Positions 18,933 to 27,651 of a stretch of DNA of 64,000 nt are shown here, piece after piece; positions within the stretch are counted from its first letter, which is position 1, and every line of letters begins with the position of its first letter. Made by a program: the position numbers and the translations under genes. Origin of the DNA: an uncultured Actinomycetota bacterium (lineage in GTDB: Bacteria > Actinomycetota > Actinomycetes > CAVWCF01). Location of the stretch: positions 416,001-480,000 of the forward strand of contig CAVWCF010000001.1 of NCBI GenBank assembly GCA_963753435.1, written 5' to 3'. A model generated the notes under the pieces. The model was not told where the DNA came from. It did no database searches and was given only the letters and a program-made list of their open reading frames with translations.

Positions 18933-19951
18933 CAGGTGATCTCGATACCGGCGGTGTTGATGCCCGACCCGATCCCAACGCACAACACGCGGTCCCCCGC
19001 CGACAGCGACGGCGCCGTCAGGGCCAGCGTGTATGGCAACGACGCCGGCCCGATGTTGCCCAGCGTCGGGAACGTCAGCAGCGCGCGATCGGGGTCGATG
19101 CCCAACCGCTTGAACAGGAGGGTGGCGTGCACCATCGAGACCTGGTGGGCAACGTAAGCGTCCATCGCCGACCAGTCGAAGTCCCTGCGGGCCTCGTTCC
19201 AGGTCGCTTCGGCAACGTCGAGGCCGGCTTCCAGCAGCGCCTTGGTGTCGGTGCGCATGTAGTCAAGATCGCCGATGCAGAGCGTGTGGTGCTGGGTGTC
19301 GGCGCGCGCAACGCCCCCGACGACCCGATGACCCTCCGGGTGCTCGTCAGCGCGCCCGAGCACCATCGCGGCGCCACCGGATCCAAGCGTCAACGTCGCG
19401 AACTGCTCGAAGACATCGGCCATCGTCGTCTGCGGCGAAGACAAGCGCTCCAACGTGGCTTCCTGGGGCCGGCGGCTCCCTTCACCGTCCACCACGAGGG
19501 CGTAGTCGATCTGGCCGGCGTCGATCATCGTCGCCGCCAACTGCATCCCGTTGACGAATCCCAGGCAGGCGTTGGCCAGATCGAAGTTCAGGCAGGACGA
19601 GGACAGCCCCAACGAGTGATGCACGGCGACCGCCGCCGACGGTTCGAGGTGCGACCGGCAGACCGAGGTGTCGATGAGCAGTCCGATCTGCGCGGCGTCA
19701 ACCCCGGATTCGGCGATCGCGGTCGCACCCGCGATCGCGGCGGCATCGGTGAAGCTGACGTCCTCCGGCCACCACCGGCGCTCGCGGATGCCCGCCACCT
19801 CGGCGAGCAGTCCGGGTCGGATGCCCACCCGCTCGTAGGTGTCCGCAAGCACCTCGTCGAAGTACTCCGAAGTCACGACCTCGGGGGCTTCGGCGGCCGC
19901 AACGGACAAGACCGCGGTGTTGTGGTGGCGATAAACAGCGTTGCCCTGCAT
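18929..19951 (-). CDS. oleA: OleA-like 3-oxoacyl-ACP synthase III (thiolase fold)
   Basis: HLEPS, NACLG, HQVS and GNIGP; upstream of oleBC-oleD. Confidence 0.85.
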   Translation of the reverse strand: MQGNAVYRHHNTAVLSVAAAEAPEVVTSEYFDEVLADTYERVGIRPGLLAEVAGIRERRWWPEDVSFTDAAAIAGATAIAESGVDAAQIGLLIDTSVCRSHLEPSAAVAVHHSLGLSSSCLNFDLANACLGFVNGMQLAATMIDAGQIDYALVVDGEGSRRPQEATLERLSSPQTTMADVFEQFATLTLGSGGAAMVLGRADEHPEGHRVVGGVARADTQHHTLCIGDLDYMRTDTKALLEAGLDVAEATWNEARRDFDWSAMDAYVAHQVSMVHATLLFKRLGIDPDRALLTFPTLGNIGPASLPYTLALTAPSLSAGDRVLCVGIGSGINTAGIEITW

Positions 19952-20041
19952 GGGCTTCCTCTCCGACTGCCAACGCGCCGACGTGCTACGGCGTCAGCCG
20001 GAGTGTTTCACGCCTCGCCCAAGCGGCCAGCGTGAGCAGGT

Positions 20042-20227
20042 TCAGCAGACCAGCCCGACGACAAGCGGTTCCAGATCGCGGGCCCGAAAAAGCGCCTCGC
20101 CGCATTCGTCGCGATGCTGCATCGGCAGGGAGCCATCACGAACCCAGCTCCGCACGACCGGCGGATCGACGCCAAGGAGTTCGGCGACTTGGGTCTCGGT
20201 GAGCAACCTGTGGGTCAATGTGGTCAT
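20042..20227 (-). CDS. Small MerR/excisionase-type HTH protein (BldC-like)
   Basis: LLTETQVAELLGVDPPVVRSWVRDGSL...FRARDL matches the HTH_17/BldC pattern. Confidence 0.7.
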   Translation of the reverse strand: MTTLTHRLLTETQVAELLGVDPPVVRSWVRDGSLPMQHRDECGEALFRARDLEPLVVGLVC

Positions 20228-20236
20228 GCCCGGGCA

Positions 20237-20263
20237 CTACCCCCGGCCCAAGCCCGCCAAACC
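20237..20263 (-). promoter_or_regulatory. SigF/SigB-type promoter of the HTH gene (likely leaderless)
   Basis: GGTTT-N16-GGGTAG, 9 nt before ATG 20227. Confidence 0.6.
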
Positions 20264-20264
20264 T

Positions 20265-21149
20265 CTAGCCGGGCAGGATCGTCGTGGGCCCGGGGTTCGA
20301 GTCATTTTCGGGACCTGCCAGCGGCGCCTCGGGCTGGGGCGACGCCACGGGAGCCGCAACCGCCGGTACGAGAACGCCCTCCGCCACGGAGCCACGCCGG
20401 GATCTGGCAATCAAGAACGCGGCAACGCCCCCGAGCAGGAATGTGAGCGGAACCACCCCGAGGAACCAGGCAGCCCAGGGCGCCTCGAAGGGAAGCGATA
20501 CCGGCACGAGGCTTTCCGGCGACGCCTTGCCGACGGCTTCGAGTGTCTCCGTCTCACCCAAAGCCGGCGTCCAGGTGACGGTGTTGCCCTCGATGGTTCC
20601 GTTGGCCGAAACGACCTCACCGGGGAAGGTGACGCGGATCCGGACCTCCGCGCCGATCAGGGCGGAGGGGTCGAAGTCCTCAAGTCCGGGGAACTCGCTG
20701 GGGAAGTCTTCGGGGAGCTGCTCCTCGGGGAAGGTCCCGTCGGCCGGGGGTTCCTCGCCGTCTGCCCCCAGACCGCTGGTGGCGTCAAAGGCGCCGGACA
20801 CTCGGAAGACGTCGCCGTCGCGAACGATGTTGAGGGTCTCCCCCTCCGACGTCCCGGTGGAGAACTCCTCGATCGGCACCCCGGTGAACACCAGGCGGGT
20901 GCCGATGAAGCCGTCGGCGGCATAGGGCTCAACGTCGATGCTGCCGGCCGACGGCGTCTCCGGCGCCTCCGGCAACAAGTCCGACGAGTCGAATCCCGGC
21001 AATTGCGCGAACTCATCGGAGATCCCGAAGACGACCGAGCCATCGACGGTGTTGTCGCTGTTCAACTCGATGTCCGTGTCGAACTTGATACAACCCGTCA
21101 GCAAGAACGCCAAGGCCACGACCAGGCCCGCGGTCACGAATCTGCGCAT
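20265..21149 (-). CDS. LppM-family lipoprotein with C-terminal membrane anchor
   Basis: Lipobox LLTGC, VTFPGEVVSANG...GNTVTW, C-terminal hydrophobic helix; ATG 21149 after a purine-rich RBS. Confidence 0.8.
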   Translation of the reverse strand: MRRFVTAGLVVALAFLLTGCIKFDTDIELNSDNTVDGSVVFGISDEFAQLPGFDSSDLLPEAPETPSAGSIDVEPYAADGFIGTRLVFTGVPIEEFSTGTSEGETLNIVRDGDVFRVSGAFDATSGLGADGEEPPADGTFPEEQLPEDFPSEFPGLEDFDPSALIGAEVRIRVTFPGEVVSANGTIEGNTVTWTPALGETETLEAVGKASPESLVPVSLPFEAPWAAWFLGVVPLTFLLGGVAAFLIARSRRGSVAEGVLVPAVAAPVASPQPEAPLAGPENDSNPGPTTILPG

Positions 21150-21247
21150 CGACTGTCCCTTCCTCGGCTGGGAATTCGGTTCGCCCCCGACATTCTTGAC
21201 CCCGCCTACTCCGAACGGGCATGTGCAATTGCGAGGTAGTCGCAGCG

Positions 21248-21264
21248 GTTTCACATAATGGGAC
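21248..21264. promoter_or_regulatory. Imperfect palindrome GTTTCA-N5-TGGGAC overlapping a CATAAT -10-like element
   Basis: Read directly; GTYYCA-N5-TGRRAC symmetry upstream of the leader peptide. Confidence 0.4.
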
Positions 21265-21276
21265 GATCTGGACAGC

Positions 21277-21387
21277 ATGGTGAGACGGGGCGAACATCCG
21301 CTCGTGCTGCGCTCACTGTCCCTGGTCAGTCGACTCCACGTCGACCTGATGCGGATGTCTTGCGCCATGTGTCCCCCGGTCACCTGA
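21277..21387 (+). CDS. Putative cis-regulatory leader peptide (36 aa) of the sulfate assimilation operon
   Basis: Manual translation: MVRRGEHPLVLRSLSLVSRLHVDLMRMSCAMCPPVT*. Below the ORF track length cutoff. Confidence 0.75.
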   Translation: MVRRGEHPLVLRSLSLVSRLHVDLMRMSCAMCPPVT

Positions 21388-21474
21388 CCGCGCCTGACCA
21401 TCCCACCCGGGCGCGCACGATCGCGACCGGGATTCCCCGTCCAACCGATGCGCGTCCTGTCCTGAGGGGACAGC

Positions 21475-23160
21475 TTGAGCATCACCGAACGAACAGCCCC
21501 ACCCCGCCGCGGCGCGGCCAAAGGCCAGGGCCAGTGGGCACTTGGGCATCTGGAACCACTCAATCCCAATGAGCGCACCAAGCGCGACGACAGCGGTCTC
21601 AACGTGCGCGCCCGCATCGAGAACATCTACGCGCCCGGGGGGTTCGCCTCCATCGACCCGGCCGACCTGCGCGGCCGGTTCCGGTGGTGGGGCCTGTACA
21701 CGCAGCGCAAACCCGGCATCGACGGCGGCAAGACAGCCACCCTGGAGCCGGAAGAACTGGAGGATGAGTTCTTCATGCTCCGCGTCCGGACCGACGGGGG
21801 GCTGCTGAACCTGGAGCAACTGCGCGCGATTGCGGCCATCAGCAGCGAGTTCGGCCGCGAGACCGCGGACATCTCTGATCGACAGAACGTGCAACTGCAC
21901 TGGATCCGCGTCGAGGACGTACCGGAGATCTGGCGACGGCTGGAATCGGTAGGCCTAACCACCGAGGAGGCCTGCGGCGACACCCCCCGAGTGGTCCTGG
22001 GTTCGCCGGTTGCCGGGGTTGCCGCTGACGAGATCATCGACGGCACTCCCGCGATCTTGGCGATCCGGGAGAGATTCGTCGGCGACCAATCGCTGGCGAA
22101 TCTGCCGCGCAAGTTCAAGTCCGCAGTCTCCGGGTCACCGCACCAGGATGTGGCCCCAGAGATCAACGACATCTCGTTCGTCGGGGTGATCCACCCCGAC
22201 CTGGGCCCGGGATTCGACGTCTGGGTGGGCGGCGGGCTGTCCACCAACCCGCATCTGGCACAGCGATTGGGCGTCTTCGCCACCTTGGCCGAGGTACCGG
22301 AGATCTGGCACGGGGTGGCCAGCCTCTTCCGCGACTACGGCTATCGACGGCTGCGGCACCGGGCTCGGCTGAAGTTCCTGGTCGCGGACTGGGGGCCGGC
22401 GCGCTTCCGCGAGGTGCTGGAAACGGAGTACTTGAAGCGAACACTGACCGACGGTCCGGCCCCGCCGCCGCCCCCGACCGGTCGACGTGACCACGTCGGG
22501 ACCCACCCGCAACGAGACGGCCGCTTCTATGTGGGACTGGCCCCAGTGGTCGGACGCGTGTCGGGCCGAATCCTGCGCGACCTCGCCGACCTGGTCGAGG
22601 CCGTCGGCTCCAATCGGATCCGGTTGACCGTCGAGCAGAAGCTCGTGGTCCTGGACATCCCGGCCGAGCGCGTGGACGACTTCACTGCGGCGGCGGTTGC
22701 GCTGGGCTTCGAAGCCGGCTCGGCCAGCCCGTTCCGGCGCGGCACGATGGCGTGCACCGGTATCGAGTACTGCAAGTTGGCGATCGTCGAGACCAAGGGA
22801 ACTGCCCAGCGACTCGTAGCGACGTTGGAAGACAGGCTGCCGACGTTCGAGCGACCGCTGAGCATTCACGTGAATGGCTGCCCGAACTCGTGCGCGCGGA
22901 TTCAGACGGCCGACATCGGCCTCAAGGGCATGCTCGTGAGCGACGCCGACGGCAACCAGGCTGAAGGCTTCCAGGTCCACCTCGGCGGACGGCTGGGCCA
23001 GGAGGCGGCTTTCGGTCGGACCGTACGCGGGCTGAAGGTGACCGCCGCGGAGTTGCCGGACTATGTCGAGCGGGTAGTCACCCGGTACGAGAGCCAACGT
23101 CAAAGTGATCAGACGTTCTCCCAATGGGCCGTCCAGGCAGACGAGGCGGAACTTCGATGA
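21475..23160 (+). CDS. sirA: Ferredoxin-dependent sulfite/nitrite reductase
   Basis: RWWGLYTQR, LPRKFK, CTGIEYC and NGCPNSC siroheme/Fe-S ligands. Confidence 0.93.
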   Translation: MSITERTAPPRRGAAKGQGQWALGHLEPLNPNERTKRDDSGLNVRARIENIYAPGGFASIDPADLRGRFRWWGLYTQRKPGIDGGKTATLEPEELEDEFFMLRVRTDGGLLNLEQLRAIAAISSEFGRETADISDRQNVQLHWIRVEDVPEIWRRLESVGLTTEEACGDTPRVVLGSPVAGVAADEIIDGTPAILAIRERFVGDQSLANLPRKFKSAVSGSPHQDVAPEINDISFVGVIHPDLGPGFDVWVGGGLSTNPHLAQRLGVFATLAEVPEIWHGVASLFRDYGYRRLRHRARLKFLVADWGPARFREVLETEYLKRTLTDGPAPPPPPTGRRDHVGTHPQRDGRFYVGLAPVVGRVSGRILRDLADLVEAVGSNRIRLTVEQKLVVLDIPAERVDDFTAAAVALGFEAGSASPFRRGTMACTGIEYCKLAIVETKGTAQRLVATLEDRLPTFERPLSIHVNGCPNSCARIQTADIGLKGMLVSDADGNQAEGFQVHLGGRLGQEAAFGRTVRGLKVTAAELPDYVERVVTRYESQRQSDQTFSQWAVQADEAELR

Positions 23161-23852
23161 CCCGGACGGTTGCTGAGTTGCGCGACCTGGCGGCGGAAGC
23201 CAGCCGTCGCTTTGGCGACAACGACGTCGAAGCACTGCTGCGGTGGGCCGGCACCACCTTCGGAGCGCGACTAGTGCTGGCGTCCAGCATGGGTGACGAG
23301 GTGCTCGTCCACCTGGCCTCACAGGAAGTGCCCGGCATCGACGTGCTGTTCCTGGACACCGGTTATCACTTCCCCGAGACGCTCGGCACCCGCGACGCCG
23401 TAGCGGCCACGTTGCCCGTGCGTCTAGTGACCGTCGAGCCACGCCATAGCGTCGCCGCACAGGACGCCGAGCACGGGCCGCGACTGCACGAGCGGGATCC
23501 GGATCTTTGCTGCGCACTTCGAAAGGTGGAACCGCTCAACCGGGGTCTTTCCGGCTACGAGGCATGGATCACCGGGATGCGCCGGGAAGACGCACCGACC
23601 CGAAACGACATCGGCGTGGTCACCTTCGACGACAAGCGGGGCATGGTGAAGCTGAATCCCATCGCCGCCTGGACCGCCGAACAGGTCCGGGAATACGCCG
23701 ACACCCACGCGGTGCTGCTGAACCCGCTACGGCAGGCGGGCTACCCATCGATCGGATGTGCGCCCTGCACCAGACCGGTGGCCGAAGGTGCGGATCCGCG
23801 CTCCGGTCGCTGGGTCGGATCGGCCAAGACCGAATGCGGGTTGCACACATGA
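23157..23852 (+). CDS. cysH: APS/PAPS reductase (4Fe-4S type)
   Basis: LDTGYHF, CCALRK, SIGCAPC, ECGLH; ATGA overlap. Confidence 0.93.
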   Translation: MTRTVAELRDLAAEASRRFGDNDVEALLRWAGTTFGARLVLASSMGDEVLVHLASQEVPGIDVLFLDTGYHFPETLGTRDAVAATLPVRLVTVEPRHSVAAQDAEHGPRLHERDPDLCCALRKVEPLNRGLSGYEAWITGMRREDAPTRNDIGVVTFDDKRGMVKLNPIAAWTAEQVREYADTHAVLLNPLRQAGYPSIGCAPCTRPVAEGADPRSGRWVGSAKTECGLHT

Positions 23853-24796
23853 GCGCCGCGCCGCAACAGATCTCGGGTTTGGCTGCCCCGGAGGTAGCCG
23901 ACTACACGCTTTCGCCGCTGGACGCGCTGGAGTCCGAAGGCATCCACATATTCCGGGAGGTCGTCGGGCAGTTCGAGCGGCCAGTCCTGCTGTTCAGCGG
24001 CGGTAAGGACTCCATTGTGATGCTGCACCTGGCGCGCAAGGCCTTCTGGCCGGCACCGGTGCCGTTCCCCCTGATGCACGTGGACACCGGTCACAACTTC
24101 GACGAGGTGATCGAATACCGCGACCGCGTCGTAGCCCAGCACGGCCTGCGCCTGGTCGTGGCCAGCGTGCAGGAGGCCATCGACTCCGGTCGCGTACGGG
24201 AGCGCCCGGACGGGACCCGCAACCCGCTGCAAACGATCCCGCTGCTGGATGCGATCGCGACGCAGCGGTTCGACGCGGTCTTCGGTGGCGGCCGGCGTGA
24301 TGAGGAGAAGGCCCGGGCCAAGGAACGGGTGTTCAGTCTTCGCGACGAGTTCGGCCAGTGGGACCCCCGACGCCAACGACCTGAACTCTGGGACCTGTAC
24401 AACGGCCGCCACCGGCCGGGCGAGCACGTGCGGGTGTTCCCGTTGAGCAACTGGACCGAACTGGATGTCTGGCGCTACATCCAGCGCGAAGAGATCCCGT
24501 TGCCGTCGATCTACTTCGCGCACAGCCGAGAGGTGTTCCAGCGCGGCGGGATGTGGCTGACACCAGGCACTTGGGGCGAACCCAAGGACTCCGAACCAAC
24601 GGTCACCAGGACAGTGCGCTATCGAACCGTCGGGGACATGTCCTGCACCGGCGCCGTCGACTCCGACGCGGCCGATGTCGCAGCCGTGATCGCCGAAGTG
24701 GCAGCCAGCCGCCTCACCGAACGCGGAGCCACCAGGGCAGATGACCGGCTGACCGAGGCCGCCATGGAGGACCGCAAGCGCGAGGGGTACTTCTGA
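23849..24796 (+). CDS. cysD: Sulfate adenylyltransferase subunit 2
   Basis: FSGGKDS, RRDEEKARAKER, MEDRKREGYF. Confidence 0.95.
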   Translation: MSAAPQQISGLAAPEVADYTLSPLDALESEGIHIFREVVGQFERPVLLFSGGKDSIVMLHLARKAFWPAPVPFPLMHVDTGHNFDEVIEYRDRVVAQHGLRLVVASVQEAIDSGRVRERPDGTRNPLQTIPLLDAIATQRFDAVFGGGRRDEEKARAKERVFSLRDEFGQWDPRRQRPELWDLYNGRHRPGEHVRVFPLSNWTELDVWRYIQREEIPLPSIYFAHSREVFQRGGMWLTPGTWGEPKDSEPTVTRTVRYRTVGDMSCTGAVDSDAADVAAVIAEVAASRLTERGATRADDRLTEAAMEDRKREGYF

Positions 24797-26043
24797 TGTC
24801 GGGACTGCTGCGGCTGGCCACGGCCGGTTCCGTCGACGACGGCAAGAGCACGCTGGTGGGGCGACTCCTGCACGACACCAAGAGCATCCTTGCCGACCAG
24901 TACGACGCCATCGAGGCAGCCAGCCGCGCTCGCGGTGCGCAAGCCACCGACCTCGCCTTGCTGACTGACGGTCTCCGCGCCGAGCGTGAGCAGGGCATCA
25001 CCATTGACGTCGCGTACCGGTACTTCGCCACCGCGCGACGCTCGTTCGTCCTCGCCGACACCCCCGGGCATGTGCAGTACACGCGCAACATGGTGACCGG
25101 GGCTTCGACCGCCGAACTGGCGATCATCCTCGTCGATGCCCGCAACGGGATCGTTGAGCAGACCCGCCGCCATGCCGCAGTAGCTGCGCTGCTCGGCGTC
25201 CCCCACGTGGTCCTGGCCGTCAACAAGATGGACCTCGTCGGGTTCGACGAGTCGGTGTTCGAGCGCATCCGGACCGAGTTCACGTCGCTCGCTCAGTCCC
25301 TGGGAGTTCCGGACGCAACAGCGATCCCGCTGTCGGCACTCACCGGCGACAACGTGGTCACGGCATCAGAACGAACCCCCTGGTACACCGGACCCACCCT
25401 TCTGCAACACCTGGAAGAGGTCCCGGTGGAACTGGATCCAGCCACGGAGGCCTTCCGCTTCGGGGTGCAGACCGTCATCCGACCCAGGAACGCGCAGTAC
25501 CCCGACTATCGCGGCTACGCCGGGAGGGTCGCTTCCGGCGTGGTCCGGGTGGGCGATGAGGTGCTGGTCCAGCCATCCGGGCAGCGCAGCCGCATCGCCG
25601 CGATCGACGCCTTCGAGGCCGAACTGGTCTACGCACACGCCGGCCAATCGGTCACGCTGCGCCTCACCGACGAATTGGACGTGTCCCGCGGCGACCTGCT
25701 GGCCGATCCGGCCGAGCCGGCGACCGTGACGCACGACCTCACCGCCACCGTTTGCTGGCTGGCCGACAGCCCGAGCCAGCCGCGGGCCCGGGTCACGGTC
25801 ACGTCGGGGCCCCGGGCCGTCCGCGGCTTGCTGACCGACGTGCACGCCCGCCTCGACCTGGAGACGCTGAACGAGGCCGAAGCCGATTCGCTGCAACTCA
25901 ACGACATCGGCCGAGTGAGCCTGCGTCTGGCCGAACCGCTGGCCATCGACGACTACCGGCGGCACCGGCATACCGGGGCATTCCTGATCATCGACGAGTC
26001 CGATGGGACAACACTCGCGGCCGGGATGGTGCGCAATGGGTGA
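24796..26043 (+). CDS. cysN: Sulfate adenylyltransferase subunit 1 (no APS kinase domain)
   Basis: GSVDDGKST, EREQGITIDVAY, DTPGH, NKMD. Confidence 0.95.
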   Translation: MSGLLRLATAGSVDDGKSTLVGRLLHDTKSILADQYDAIEAASRARGAQATDLALLTDGLRAEREQGITIDVAYRYFATARRSFVLADTPGHVQYTRNMVTGASTAELAIILVDARNGIVEQTRRHAAVAALLGVPHVVLAVNKMDLVGFDESVFERIRTEFTSLAQSLGVPDATAIPLSALTGDNVVTASERTPWYTGPTLLQHLEEVPVELDPATEAFRFGVQTVIRPRNAQYPDYRGYAGRVASGVVRVGDEVLVQPSGQRSRIAAIDAFEAELVYAHAGQSVTLRLTDELDVSRGDLLADPAEPATVTHDLTATVCWLADSPSQPRARVTVTSGPRAVRGLLTDVHARLDLETLNEAEADSLQLNDIGRVSLRLAEPLAIDDYRRHRHTGAFLIIDESDGTTLAAGMVRNG

Positions 26044-26857
26044 GCGTCACGCCGACGGCGCCCACACCACAGCGGTCCTGGATCACCGGCCACACGACGA
26101 GGTCGTACTCCACGTGGATTCGGTGGTGCGCCGATACCCCGACGGCGGCGGTCGCTCGCTCGCGCTGGACGGGCTTAGTTTGGACGTGGCAGCCGGGGAG
26201 TTCCTTTGCATCGTCGGTCCCAGCGGCTGCGGCAAGTCGACCCTGTTGGACCTGCTTGCCGGCCATCAGATCCCCGACGCCGGGCACGTGGTCAGTCACG
26301 GAGTTGACGTAACCGGACCGGACCCGCGCCGCATGGTGGTTTTCCAGGAGCACGCGTTGTTCCCCTGGCTGTCGGTCATCCAGAACGTCGAGTTCGGACT
26401 GCGCGTTCGCGGCGACAGCCCGGACCGACGCCGACGCATTGCACTGGACTGGTTGGAGCGCGTCCATCTAGCCGACGTCGCCAACGCCCGAATCCATCAA
26501 CTATCCGGCGGCATGCGCCAACGCGTCGCCCTCGCGCGGGCCCTGGCGCTGCAGCCTGAGGTTCTGCTCATGGATGAGCCGTTCGCCGCCTTGGATGCCC
26601 AGACCCGGGACCAAATGCACGTAGAACTGCAGGAGTTGTGGGCTCAGTCCGGGACCACGATCGTTTTCGTCACCCACAACGTGCGGGAGGCCGTTCTCCT
26701 CGGCGACCGCGTGGTGGTGATGACCGGCAATCCGGGCCGAATCCGGGCCGTCTCGCACGTCCGGCTACCGCGTCCGCGTTCTTTGGAGGACCACTCCATT
26801 ACCGACCTGGCTCGACTGGTTGGTCGGTACCTGCGCGACACCGAGGTGCAGACATGA
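26036..26857 (+). CDS. ABC transporter ATP-binding protein (SsuB/TauB-like)
   Basis: GPSGCGKS, LSGGMRQR, LMDEPF. Confidence 0.9.
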   Translation: MGERHADGAHTTAVLDHRPHDEVVLHVDSVVRRYPDGGGRSLALDGLSLDVAAGEFLCIVGPSGCGKSTLLDLLAGHQIPDAGHVVSHGVDVTGPDPRRMVVFQEHALFPWLSVIQNVEFGLRVRGDSPDRRRRIALDWLERVHLADVANARIHQLSGGMRQRVALARALALQPEVLLMDEPFAALDAQTRDQMHVELQELWAQSGTTIVFVTHNVREAVLLGDRVVVMTGNPGRIRAVSHVRLPRPRSLEDHSITDLARLVGRYLRDTEVQT

Positions 26858-27651
26858 CCTCCCTGCAGGCGGCCGCAGCACCAACAGCTCGCACGGATCG
26901 CCCCAGCTCTTGGGTGTTGCCGCCTTTGGTAGCCGGAGCCGTGGGCGTGGGCGCGTGGGCCCTCTGGGCTGTCGCCAACCCGGCTCTGCCCGGCCCGCTC
27001 ACCACCGCGGAAACGACCTGGCAGTTGCTCAGTAGCGGCGGCCTGGTTCCGGTGGTCGCCAGAACCGTGGGGCTCCTGCTTCTCGGTTTCGTGGGCTCGT
27101 TGGCGTTAGGCGTCTTCACCGGCCTTGCACTCGGGGCCTGGCCCCTGCTTGATCGGGCCCTGTCGCCGTACTTGATCGGGCTGCAGTCGCTGCCGAACGC
27201 AGTATTGGTGCCGCTGGGCCTGCTCCTAGCCGGCCCCTCCATTACGACGGTGGTGGCGTTGACCATCGTTGGCGCCACGCCATCAATCGCAATGGGCACT
27301 CGCGACTCCGTGAAAACCATCCCGCCGCTGCTGATCCGCGCGGGTCGGACCATGGGTGCGCGCGGCACAACGCTGGTCCGCACGGTGATCCTGCCCGCGG
27401 CCATGCCGGGTGTCGTCGACTCCCTGCAGTACGGCTGGGCGTTCGCGTTCCGGGCCGTCGTCGCCGCCGAGATCATCATCGGGACCGGGCTGGGCGCATT
27501 CCTTCGCGACGCCACGAGCGCGCAACGCAGCGACGAGGTACTTGCCGTGATCCTGGTGGTGCTGGTCCTGGGCATCCTGGTGGACCGGCTCGGGTTCGCG
27601 CAGATCCGGGCCAGGCTGCGCGCCGACCGCGGGCTGACGGGATCGGCATGA
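26854..27651 (+). CDS. ABC transporter permease (SsuC/TauC-like)
   Basis: Multiple TM helices; RAGRTMGA EAA-loop; ILPAAMP. Confidence 0.88.
   Translation: MTSLQAAAAPTARTDRPSSWVLPPLVAGAVGVGAWALWAVANPALPGPLTTAETTWQLLSSGGLVPVVARTVGLLLLGFVGSLALGVFTGLALGAWPLLDRALSPYLIGLQSLPNAVLVPLGLLLAGPSITTVVALTIVGATPSIAMGTRDSVKTIPPLLIRAGRTMGARGTTLVRTVILPAAMPGVVDSLQYGWAFAFRAVVAAEIIIGTGLGAFLRDATSAQRSDEVLAVILVVLVLGILVDRLGFAQIRARLRADRGLTGSA

Noticed and set aside
20042-20227. HTH gene as a prophage/ICE excisionase
   Set aside because: No integrase, replication or transfer genes nearby; better explained as a stand-alone regulator.
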